A stretch of DNA of 20,698 nt from a bacterium (GTDB lineage: Bacteria > Sysuimicrobiota > Sysuimicrobiia > Sysuimicrobiales > Humicultoraceae), in NCBI GenBank assembly GCA_041497675.1, contig JBGQGY010000064.1, positions 1 through 20,698 on the forward strand, read 5' to 3'. Of this stretch, positions 1-7,445 are shown in pieces (position 1 is the stretch's first letter; the number at the start of each line of letters is the position of its first letter). A model generated the notes under the pieces. The model did not search any database and was not told where the DNA came from. It was given only the letters and a program-made list of their open reading frames with translations. Made by a program: the position numbers and the translations under genes.

Positions 1-1
1 C

Positions 2-226
2 ATGGTCTTCGCGCTCGAGACCTTCTGGCCGGCCGCGGACGGCTGGTCGGCGGCGCGCATCGAAGAACAGCTCGTCGTCACCAAGACCGGCGCCGAGGTT
101 ATCACGCGCTTCCCCGCCGAGCGGCTGCTGGTGGCCGGGCAACGCTACTACACCGCGACGGGGCCGCTGCCCACCACGCGCGAAACGCAGTCGAACCTGA
201 ACAACCCGATGGGCGGAGAGGGCTAG
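2..226 (+). CDS. M24 (Xaa-Pro peptidase / pita-bread fold) family protein, C-terminal fragment running off the 5' edge
   Basis: MVFALETFW...AARIEEQLVVTKTGAEVIT matches the M24 C-terminal pattern (GMVxxxE...GxRIEDxxxVTxxGxE), with both Glu metal ligands present. Stop TAG is at 224-226, 3 bp before the next gene. Confidence 0.8.
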   Translation: MVFALETFWPAADGWSAARIEEQLVVTKTGAEVITRFPAERLLVAGQRYYTATGPLPTTRETQSNLNNPMGGEG

Positions 227-229
227 CGC

Positions 230-1417
230 GTGGCGGCGAACGTCATCATGCCCGCGTTGGGCATGGCGCAGGAAACCGGCAAGGTGCTGCGCTGGTTGAA
301 GCGCCAGGGCGATGCCGTCACCAAAGGCGAGCCGCTGCTGGAGATCGAGACCGACAAGGCGACGGTCGAACTGGAAGCGCCCGAATCCGGGACGCTCGCG
401 CAGGTGAGCGTTGGGGAAGGCGAGACCGTCCCGGTCGGCCGCGTGATTGCGAGAATCCTGGCGCCCGGTGAAACGGGCGTCGCGCCGCTACCGGCGCCGG
501 GGCCCGTCGCGTCCCCCGCGCTCCCCTCGCGCGACACACCAGCACCGGCGCGCAGCGCCGCCGGAGCGCCGACCGCGGCCGTGGCGGCTGCTCCTGTCGC
601 CCCATCCGGCCGGGTGCCCGCGTCTCCCAAGGCGCGGCGACTGGCGAAGGAACGTGGCGTCGATCTGGCCGCCATCGCGGGTTCGGGTCCGGCGGGCGCG
701 GTGCTGGCGGATGACGTGCTGATGGCGCAGGCCGCCCCGGCGATGAGCACCGTCTGGCGGCTGATGGCCGAACGGACGACCCACTCCTGGACCACGGTCC
801 CGCACTTCTTCCTCATGAGAGAGGTCGCCGCCGCCGGGCTGATCGCCTGGCGCGACGAACAACACCAGCGATCCGGCGCGGAGATCACCTACACCGACCT
901 CCTGATCGCGCTCGTCGCGGCGGTTTTGCGCGATCATCCCCGCGCCAATGCCCGTTGGGAGCACGGCGCCGTCGTGCTGAACGCCGCGATCAACATCGGT
1001 CTGGCGGTTGCGACACAGGACGGGTTGGTCGTCCCGGTCATCCACGGCGCGGACGATCTCAGCGTGAGCGACATTGCCACACAGCGGCGAGACCTGGTCG
1101 GTCGCGCCCGCGCGGGTCGTTTGCGTCCACAAGACTTGATGGGCGGCACGTTTACGATCAGCAACCTGGGCATGTACGCTATCGACGCGTTCACCGCGAT
1201 CATCAACGCGCCGCAGGCCGCCATCCTGGCCGTCGGACGCATCGCGGATCGCGTCGTCCCTGTGGACGGCCACCCGGCCGTGCGCCCAATGCTGATCACG
1301 AGCCTCTCATGCGACCACCGGGTGTTGGACGGCGCGCGGGCTGCGCAGTTCTTGGAAGCCCTGGCGCACCTGATCGAAGCCCCGACGAGTCTTCACACGG
1401 TAGGAGGCCGCGAGTGA
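230..1417 (+). CDS. Dihydrolipoamide acyltransferase (E2 component of a 2-oxoacid/acetoin dehydrogenase-type complex)
   Basis: One lipoyl domain (EIETDKATVE), an Ala/Pro linker, a peripheral-subunit-binding domain (ASPKARRLAKERGVDLAAIAGSGPAG) and a catalytic domain with GTFTISNLG and the DHRVLDG motif. GTG start. Confidence 0.95.
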   Translation: MAANVIMPALGMAQETGKVLRWLKRQGDAVTKGEPLLEIETDKATVELEAPESGTLAQVSVGEGETVPVGRVIARILAPGETGVAPLPAPGPVASPALPSRDTPAPARSAAGAPTAAVAAAPVAPSGRVPASPKARRLAKERGVDLAAIAGSGPAGAVLADDVLMAQAAPAMSTVWRLMAERTTHSWTTVPHFFLMREVAAAGLIAWRDEQHQRSGAEITYTDLLIALVAAVLRDHPRANARWEHGAVVLNAAINIGLAVATQDGLVVPVIHGADDLSVSDIATQRRDLVGRARAGRLRPQDLMGGTFTISNLGMYAIDAFTAIINAPQAAILAVGRIADRVVPVDGHPAVRPMLITSLSCDHRVLDGARAAQFLEALAHLIEAPTSLHTVGGRE

Positions 1418-2409
1418 TCGTCGACATCCACGCCCACGTCGTCGTCCCCGAGATGACGCGCGACGCCGCGCCGGAAGAGTCCTGGCGCCCGCGTGTCTTC
1501 TGGAGCGACGGCCGCCAGATCGTCGAGACCGGTGGACGCGCCGTCACGGCGGCCGTGCGGGAGTTTGTCCACATCGACGCGGTGCTGCGCGCGCAGGAGA
1601 TCGCGGGGATCGACCAGGTCGTACTGTCTCCCTGGGCGTCGCTGCTGCGCTACGACGCCGGCGACGACGAGGCGCTGCGCATCTGCCGGGTCTACACCGA
1701 GGGTCTGGCACGGATGGCGCAGGCGTATCCCCGTCGGGTCCGCGCGCTTGGGATGGTGCCCCTCCAGAATCCTGATCTGGCCGCCCGTGAGCTCGAGGTC
1801 CTGATGCGGCTCCCGGGCGTGCTCGGCGTGGAGGTCGCGGCGAACGTCCGGGGCACCTATCTCGGAGACGATCGTTTCCGGCCGTTTTGGGCCGCGGCCG
1901 AGGCGACCGACACGCTCGTCTTCATCCATCCGACGACCCGGGGGTTCGACCATCCCGTCTTCGGCGACTACTATCTCACGAATACCGTCGGCAATCCGAT
2001 GGAGACGACGATCGCGGCGGCCCACATGATCATGGCCGGGGTGATGGAAGCGCATCCTCGCCTGCGGGTGGTGCTGGCGCACGCCGGTGGCGCGATCGTG
2101 GCCCTCCGCGGCCGGCTGGAGCACGCGCGTCGCGTCGTGACCTCCGCGGGCACGCGCCTGCGGGAACCCGTCGAGGCATCGCTGCGGCGGTTCTACTTCG
2201 ACACGGTGACGCACGATGTCGACCTGCTGCGCGACCTGATCACCTTCGCCGGCGCGGACCACGTGCTGCTCGGATCGGACTACCCGTTCGACATGGGTCT
2301 GGAGCGGCCGGCCGATCCGGTGCGCGCGCTCGGGCTGCCAGCGCGGGATGAAGAACTCGTGCTCGGAGGCAACGCCACCCGTCTGGAGGCCGCCATTGCG
2401 AGACGCTAA
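1414..2409 (+). CDS. Amidohydrolase-2 family protein (ACMSD-like decarboxylase/hydratase)
   Basis: N-terminal DIHAH (HxH), FIHP, HAGG, FYFDT and LLGSDYPFD motifs. GTG at 1414 overlaps the E2 stop (GTGA), with AGGAGG at 1402-1407. The ORF-track start at 955 is a spurious upstream extension. Confidence 0.9.
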   Translation: MIVDIHAHVVVPEMTRDAAPEESWRPRVFWSDGRQIVETGGRAVTAAVREFVHIDAVLRAQEIAGIDQVVLSPWASLLRYDAGDDEALRICRVYTEGLARMAQAYPRRVRALGMVPLQNPDLAARELEVLMRLPGVLGVEVAANVRGTYLGDDRFRPFWAAAEATDTLVFIHPTTRGFDHPVFGDYYLTNTVGNPMETTIAAAHMIMAGVMEAHPRLRVVLAHAGGAIVALRGRLEHARRVVTSAGTRLREPVEASLRRFYFDTVTHDVDLLRDLITFAGADHVLLGSDYPFDMGLERPADPVRALGLPARDEELVLGGNATRLEAAIARR

Positions 2410-3457
2410 GGTCCGAGCCGCTCTCGAACACTGGGCGCCGCGGTTTGTGGCGCAGGGTATCGACTACAACGACTTTGCCCGCACCGTCGCGGGGGTCGGC
2501 CGTTGGGAGGAGTGGCTGGACGCCTGGGTCGCCACGGCCAACGTGCACGCGCGGCTGGCCCGGGACGCGGAGGCGCAGGGCTGGCGCGTGACGGCGGGCG
2601 AGGCCCACCTGCAGGCCGCCCTCTGCTACCATTTCGCCAATTTCGTGTGGATGGTCGACAAGCGCAAACACCGCGCAGCGGCCAAGAAGGCGGTTGCCGC
2701 GCTGCGATTGGCGCATCGCCTGCTCGACCCAACGGCCGAGCGCGTCGAAGTCCCGTTTGAGAAAACGAAGATGATCGCAAATCTGCGGCGGCCTCGCCAT
2801 GATCGGCCCCCGCTGGTGATCCTCATCCCGGGGCTCGACTCAACAAAAGAAGAGTTCTTCCATTGGGAAAACGTCTTCCTCAGGCGTGGGATGGCGACGC
2901 TCTCGCTCGACGGTCCCGGTCAGGGTGAAACCGGTTACAAGACCCACATCCGGCCCGACTACGAAGTCGCGGTACGCACCATGCTCGACGCGTTGGTCCC
3001 ACGCGCCGACCTGGATCTGTCGCGCGTGGGCGTGGCCGGTGTCAGCCTGGGCGGCTACTACGCCCCGCGCGCGGCGGCATTCGAGCCGCGGATCAAGGCC
3101 GTCGTGACCGTCGGCGGGCCGTACAGCTTTGGCGAGTGCTGGGACGGGGCGCCCTCGCTGACGCGAGAGACGTTCCGGTATCATGCCGGCGCGAGGAGCG
3201 ACACCGCAGCCAAAAAGAAAGCCGCGCTGCTCGATCTCCGCGACGTCCTGCCCAAGGTCAGACAGCCGTTCCTCGTCGTGTTCGGCAAACTCGATCGGCT
3301 GATCCCCTGGCAGCAGGCCGAACGCGTCGCCGCGGAAGCGCCCAACGCTCGGTTGGTCATGTATCCCGACGGCAATCACGTCTGCAACAATATCCCCTAC
3401 AAGTACCGGCCACTGGTGGGCGACTGGATGACGGAGACCCTGGCCCGTGTCGACTGA
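2396..3457 (+). CDS. Alpha/beta hydrolase, 2,6-dihydroxypseudooxynicotine hydrolase-like (candidate C-C hydrolase)
   Basis: GLDSTKEE, RGMATLSLDGPGQGE, nucleophile elbow GVSLGG and DGNHVCNN parallel my recollection of the Arthrobacter DHPON hydrolase motifs (GLESTKEE, DGPGQGE, GRSLGG, DGDHCCHN). Likely TTG start at 2396 with GGAGG at 2385-2389. Confidence 0.85.
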   Translation: MRDAKVRAALEHWAPRFVAQGIDYNDFARTVAGVGRWEEWLDAWVATANVHARLARDAEAQGWRVTAGEAHLQAALCYHFANFVWMVDKRKHRAAAKKAVAALRLAHRLLDPTAERVEVPFEKTKMIANLRRPRHDRPPLVILIPGLDSTKEEFFHWENVFLRRGMATLSLDGPGQGETGYKTHIRPDYEVAVRTMLDALVPRADLDLSRVGVAGVSLGGYYAPRAAAFEPRIKAVVTVGGPYSFGECWDGAPSLTRETFRYHAGARSDTAAKKKAALLDLRDVLPKVRQPFLVVFGKLDRLIPWQQAERVAAEAPNARLVMYPDGNHVCNNIPYKYRPLVGDWMTETLARVD

Positions 3458-3479
3458 CAACCGAAGGAGGGTCTTGACG

Positions 3480-4529
3480 ATGCACAGAGCGCTCTGGACG
3501 TTCTTGTTGGTGCTCGTGATCACCGTCCCGATGACGATCGTCCCCACGGTCGACTCGGCCCCCGCACCCGGGCAGCCGATCTATCCGCCGGAAGGTCCCA
3601 AACGCAAGATCGTCCTGGGGATGCCGGTCGTCCCGCCAAACGTCGTGCACACGCCGATGGCCCTGGCCAAGTTCTTCGGTTTTACCGACAAATTTAACAT
3701 CGACCTGGAGATCAAGAACTTCGAAGGCTCGACCCGCGCGCTTACCGCGGCCATCGCCGGCGACGTCCAGGTCGGCACGCTCGACTGCGTGAACGCCTTC
3801 GGCAACGGCGTCCCGCTGGTCGGCTTCTGGGGCGGTGCGCCAAAACTACCGCTCGTGATGGTCGCGCGCGACCCGATCAAAGACATCAAGGAGCTCAAAG
3901 GGAAGAAGATTGGCATGTCCAGCGCGCCGGGCGGGTTGATCGACAGGATGAACCGCGCCGTGCTGGCGGCCGCCACCATCAAACCCGAAGAGGTCACGAT
4001 CATCCAGACGACGACCGCCGGCCGGGTGCCGTCGTTGGTCTCGGGTCAGACGGATACGGCGATCTTCCACTACGAGCAGGCCAGCCTGCTGCTGCGCCAG
4101 CTGCCCGGCACGCGCGTGATCTTCGACCTGCAAAACGGGCTACCAGATTACCAGTACCACGTCTACTGCGGCATGCGCCAGTTCGTCTACCAAAACCGCG
4201 AGCTGGTCACCGACCTGGTGGCCGCCTCCATCCTGGCGGTGCGTCACGCGGCGAACAACCGCGCCGAGGCGATCAAGGCCCTCGTCACGCTCACCGGTGC
4301 GGCAGAGATGGACGCCGGCTACGCGTACGCGCAGATGATTGCCCGGTGCGTCTGGTCGCGCAACGTCGGGCTCGAGGTCAAGCGGATCGATTGGACCATC
4401 GACTATGCGTTCCAGGGCGGCGAGATGAAACAGAAGTACCCGGGCCGCCAGTTGCTCGACATGAACATCGCCAACGAAGCCCTGCGGCGGGCCGGCGGGC
4501 CCGTGCCGGTGCAGGGAGGATGTCAGTAG
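3480..4529 (+). CDS. ABC transporter substrate-binding protein, NitT/TauT (SsuA/THI5-like) family
   Basis: Hydrophobic N-terminal signal peptide (MHRALWTFLLVLVITV...), IKELKGKKIG motif, AAGGAGG RBS at 3464-3470, and directly followed by ATPase and permease genes. Confidence 0.88.
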   Translation: MHRALWTFLLVLVITVPMTIVPTVDSAPAPGQPIYPPEGPKRKIVLGMPVVPPNVVHTPMALAKFFGFTDKFNIDLEIKNFEGSTRALTAAIAGDVQVGTLDCVNAFGNGVPLVGFWGGAPKLPLVMVARDPIKDIKELKGKKIGMSSAPGGLIDRMNRAVLAAATIKPEEVTIIQTTTAGRVPSLVSGQTDTAIFHYEQASLLLRQLPGTRVIFDLQNGLPDYQYHVYCGMRQFVYQNRELVTDLVAASILAVRHAANNRAEAIKALVTLTGAAEMDAGYAYAQMIARCVWSRNVGLEVKRIDWTIDYAFQGGEMKQKYPGRQLLDMNIANEALRRAGGPVPVQGGCQ

Positions 4530-4530
4530 C

Positions 4531-5301
4531 GTGGCTGCCGGCCAGGTAAAGATCCGGGTCGAGAACGCGTCGCGGATATTCCTGGGCGGTGCGGTCGTGG
4601 CCCTCGAGCGTCTCGATCTGGAGATCTACGAGAACGAGATCGCGTGCATCATCGGACCAAGCGGCTGCGGCAAGACGACGCTCCTCCGTTGCCTGGACGG
4701 CCTGGTGCCCCTGTCTGCGGGGATGATTCGGATTGACGGAAAGGTGGTCACCGAACCTCCGGCCAATGTGGCGGTCGTCTTCCAACACTTCGGCCTCTTT
4801 CCCTGGAAGACCGTGTCGGCCAACACCGCCTACGGGCTGAAGCTGGCGGGCACGCCGCAAGATGCCATCGGGGCGCGCGTCGCGCGGGTCCTGAAACTCG
4901 TGGGATTGGAAGGATTTGAGCAGGCCTATCCCTATCAGCTCTCCGGGGGGATGCAGCAGCGCGTGGGTCTGGCCCGGGCGCTGGCGACCGATCCGGAGAT
5001 CCTCTTGATGGACGAGCCGTTCGCGGCGCTGGACGCTCAGACCAGGGAGATTCTACAAGAAGAAACCCTGCGAATCCTCGAAGAGGAACGCAAGACGATC
5101 GTGTTCATCACGCACAGCATCGACGAGGCCCTGCTGCTCGGCGACCGGGTGATCGTGCTGACCGCGAGGCCGGGCCGAGTCAAACACATCTTGCCGGTGC
5201 CCTTTCCGCGGCCGCGGAAGTTGTCGGCGGTCCGGGCCGATCCGACGTTTGGCGAACTGCGCACGCGCCTGTGGGACCTGCTGCGGCAGGAGATTCACTG
5301 A
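4531..5301 (+). CDS. ABC transporter ATP-binding protein, NitT/TauT family
   Basis: Walker A GPSGCGKTT, signature LSGGMQQR, Walker B LLMDEPFAALD and H-loop ITHSIDEA. Confidence 0.96.
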   Translation: MAAGQVKIRVENASRIFLGGAVVALERLDLEIYENEIACIIGPSGCGKTTLLRCLDGLVPLSAGMIRIDGKVVTEPPANVAVVFQHFGLFPWKTVSANTAYGLKLAGTPQDAIGARVARVLKLVGLEGFEQAYPYQLSGGMQQRVGLARALATDPEILLMDEPFAALDAQTREILQEETLRILEEERKTIVFITHSIDEALLLGDRVIVLTARPGRVKHILPVPFPRPRKLSAVRADPTFGELRTRLWDLLRQEIH

Positions 5302-5313
5302 GCAACCAGGGGG

Positions 5314-6150
5314 ATGCCTGTGGCCGACGCGGCCCTGGAGCTGAGGGAGCGGCAGGCGGTGCAGTTGGCAGCCGCGCAGCTGAGACAGCGGCAACGTTGG
5401 AAGGACCTCGCCATCCGCCTGGGCGGCGTGGCCGTCATCTTGCTGCTCTGGGAAGGCCTGGGGCGCCAGATGAACCCGCTCCTGTTTACGCCGCCGTCGC
5501 AGATCGCCCGGGCGGCCGTCTACGTCGTGGGGTCGGGCGAGCTGTGGAAATACCTGAGCGTGAGCCTGAAGGTCTTCGTGATCGGGATCACCCTCGGAAC
5601 GATCGCGGGCATCGTCATTGGTGTGGCGATGGCACGGTTCCGGCCCCTCGATCTTTCACTCGAACCCTTCATGATCGCCCTCTACTCTACCCCGACGGTG
5701 GCGCTGATCCCGTTGATCATCGTCTGGTTCGGCACCGGCGACAAGGCGAAGTCGGTGGCGATCTTCCTGTTCGCCCTGTTTCCCATCCTGCTCAACACGT
5801 ACCAGGGCGTGAAGAACGTCGACCCGCGGCTGCTGGAAGTGGCGCGGTCATTCCGCAGCAGCGAGCGGGCCCTGTGGCTGGACGTCATCATTCCTGCCGC
5901 GCTGCCGTTCATCATCGCCGGGCTGCGCCTGGGCATCGGCCGCGGGCTGGTCGGCATGGTGATCTCCGATCTGCTGTTGGCCGTCTCGGGTATCGGCTAC
6001 CTGATGGTGCGATACGGGCAGCTCATGCAGATCGACCGGCTGTTCGTCCCGGTCGTCACCCTCTCACTGCTGGGGGTGACGCTGGTCCAGCTCCTGCGAT
6101 GGGTGGAGGCCCGGGTCGCGCCCTGGCAGCATCAGGGGCGCGATGACTGA
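5314..6150 (+). CDS. ABC transporter permease, NitT/TauT family
   Basis: Several TM segments, an EAA-like loop (LLEVARSFRSSE) and the IIPAALPFIIAGLRLG...GIGYL pattern typical of SsuC/TauC permeases. Confidence 0.94.
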   Translation: MPVADAALELRERQAVQLAAAQLRQRQRWKDLAIRLGGVAVILLLWEGLGRQMNPLLFTPPSQIARAAVYVVGSGELWKYLSVSLKVFVIGITLGTIAGIVIGVAMARFRPLDLSLEPFMIALYSTPTVALIPLIIVWFGTGDKAKSVAIFLFALFPILLNTYQGVKNVDPRLLEVARSFRSSERALWLDVIIPAALPFIIAGLRLGIGRGLVGMVISDLLLAVSGIGYLMVRYGQLMQIDRLFVPVVTLSLLGVTLVQLLRWVEARVAPWQHQGRDD

Positions 6151-6170
6151 ACGCTCGAAGGAGGGATCTC

Positions 6171-7445
6171 GTGGCTTCGTACGATTTCAATACGATCCGC
6201 GGCGCGCTCGATAACGGCACGAACTTCGGCAACCTCCACGGATCGCCGTACTACGACGATGCGATCTATGATCGATTTTCCGACGCCGAGCATCGCCGGC
6301 GGTTCGACCTGACGCGCCGGAAGATGGACCGGCTCGGCCTCCAGGGCCTGATCGTCTGCGGCGGGCCCAGCCACTGGTCGTACGGCGGGGGGATGTTCTG
6401 GCTCACGAATCACCGCGAGTGGCACGCGCTCTCGGTCTATCTGTTCGTGCCGCGCGAGGGCGAACCCATGCTGACGTATGGGATGGGCGGTACGCACATC
6501 GAGGCGACGCGCCGGGCGGTGGCGGTCAAGGACGTCCGGCCGGCCGGACGCGGCAACTTTGCCGAGGTGCTGGCGGCGCGCAACAAAGACCAGGGGTTGG
6601 ACCGGGCGCGCATCGGCATCACCGAAATCGATCCCCGCTACGCCGACTTCCTCCCCGTCAACCAGTACCGGACGCTGACCGAACGCCTGCCGGACGCCCG
6701 TCTCGAGTTCGTCACGGACTTCTTCCACGAGTTCATGGTGGTCAAGAGCGCGGAGGAACTCGCCCGCGTCCGCAAGGCCGGCGACCTGGTTGGACGCGCG
6801 CTCTTGGCGGTCGCCGCTGCTGCGAAGCCCGGCGTCACCGAGTGGGAACTGAAGGCCGCGGCGTGCTCCGCGATCCTCGGTGGGGGCGGTGAGTTGGACT
6901 TTTGCATCATCGGATCCACGCCGATGCACGAACCCAAGATGGTCTTTGGCAATCCCCGACCGTCGGGGCGTCGCCTACAAAAGGGCGACATCATCATCAA
7001 CGAGCTCGCGGCCGGCTATGAAGGCTACACGGCGCAATCCGGGGTCCCGATCTGCGTGGGACCGCCGACGGATCAGGTCCGCCGGATGTTCGACGAGATC
7101 GTGCTGCCGGGCTTCAATCTGCTAGCGGTCGAGCTGCGCCCCGGAAACACCTTCGACGCCGTCGCCGAGAAGGCAAAGTTCTTCCGGCAGAACGGGTATC
7201 AATCGCGCCCCACGATCTTGCACAACATCGACCTGGTCACACACGCGCCGGACGTCCGCGTGGGCGGCGCGCACGCCGATCCGGCCGACGCGATCATGAA
7301 GCCGGGGATGACGCTGATGCTCGAGCCCAACCCGATCACGCCCGACGGGCTGCTCGGGCTCTTCTTCGGCCACACCTTCATTATCACTGAGACGGGAAGC
7401 GAGCGGCTGGCGGGCCAGGTGCCGCTGCAGCTCCTGATCGCATGA
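6171..7445 (+). CDS. M24-fold protein (creatinase / ectoine-hydrolase-like) with altered metal-ligand positions
   Basis: Creatinase_N-like N-domain (MDRLGLQGLIV), VKSAEELARVRKAG, KPGVTEWEL, RRLQKGDIII, MKPGMTLMLEP and ITETGSERL. GTG start with AAGGAGG RBS just upstream. Confidence 0.85.
   Translation: MASYDFNTIRGALDNGTNFGNLHGSPYYDDAIYDRFSDAEHRRRFDLTRRKMDRLGLQGLIVCGGPSHWSYGGGMFWLTNHREWHALSVYLFVPREGEPMLTYGMGGTHIEATRRAVAVKDVRPAGRGNFAEVLAARNKDQGLDRARIGITEIDPRYADFLPVNQYRTLTERLPDARLEFVTDFFHEFMVVKSAEELARVRKAGDLVGRALLAVAAAAKPGVTEWELKAAACSAILGGGGELDFCIIGSTPMHEPKMVFGNPRPSGRRLQKGDIIINELAAGYEGYTAQSGVPICVGPPTDQVRRMFDEIVLPGFNLLAVELRPGNTFDAVAEKAKFFRQNGYQSRPTILHNIDLVTHAPDVRVGGAHADPADAIMKPGMTLMLEPNPITPDGLLGLFFGHTFIITETGSERLAGQVPLQLLIA

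Noticed and set aside
955..1413. N-terminal 153-aa extension of the amidohydrolase ORF
   Set aside because: It is an out-of-frame overlap with the E2 gene, Arg/Gly-rich with no recognisable domain. A strong RBS and GTGA overlap mark 1414 as the start.
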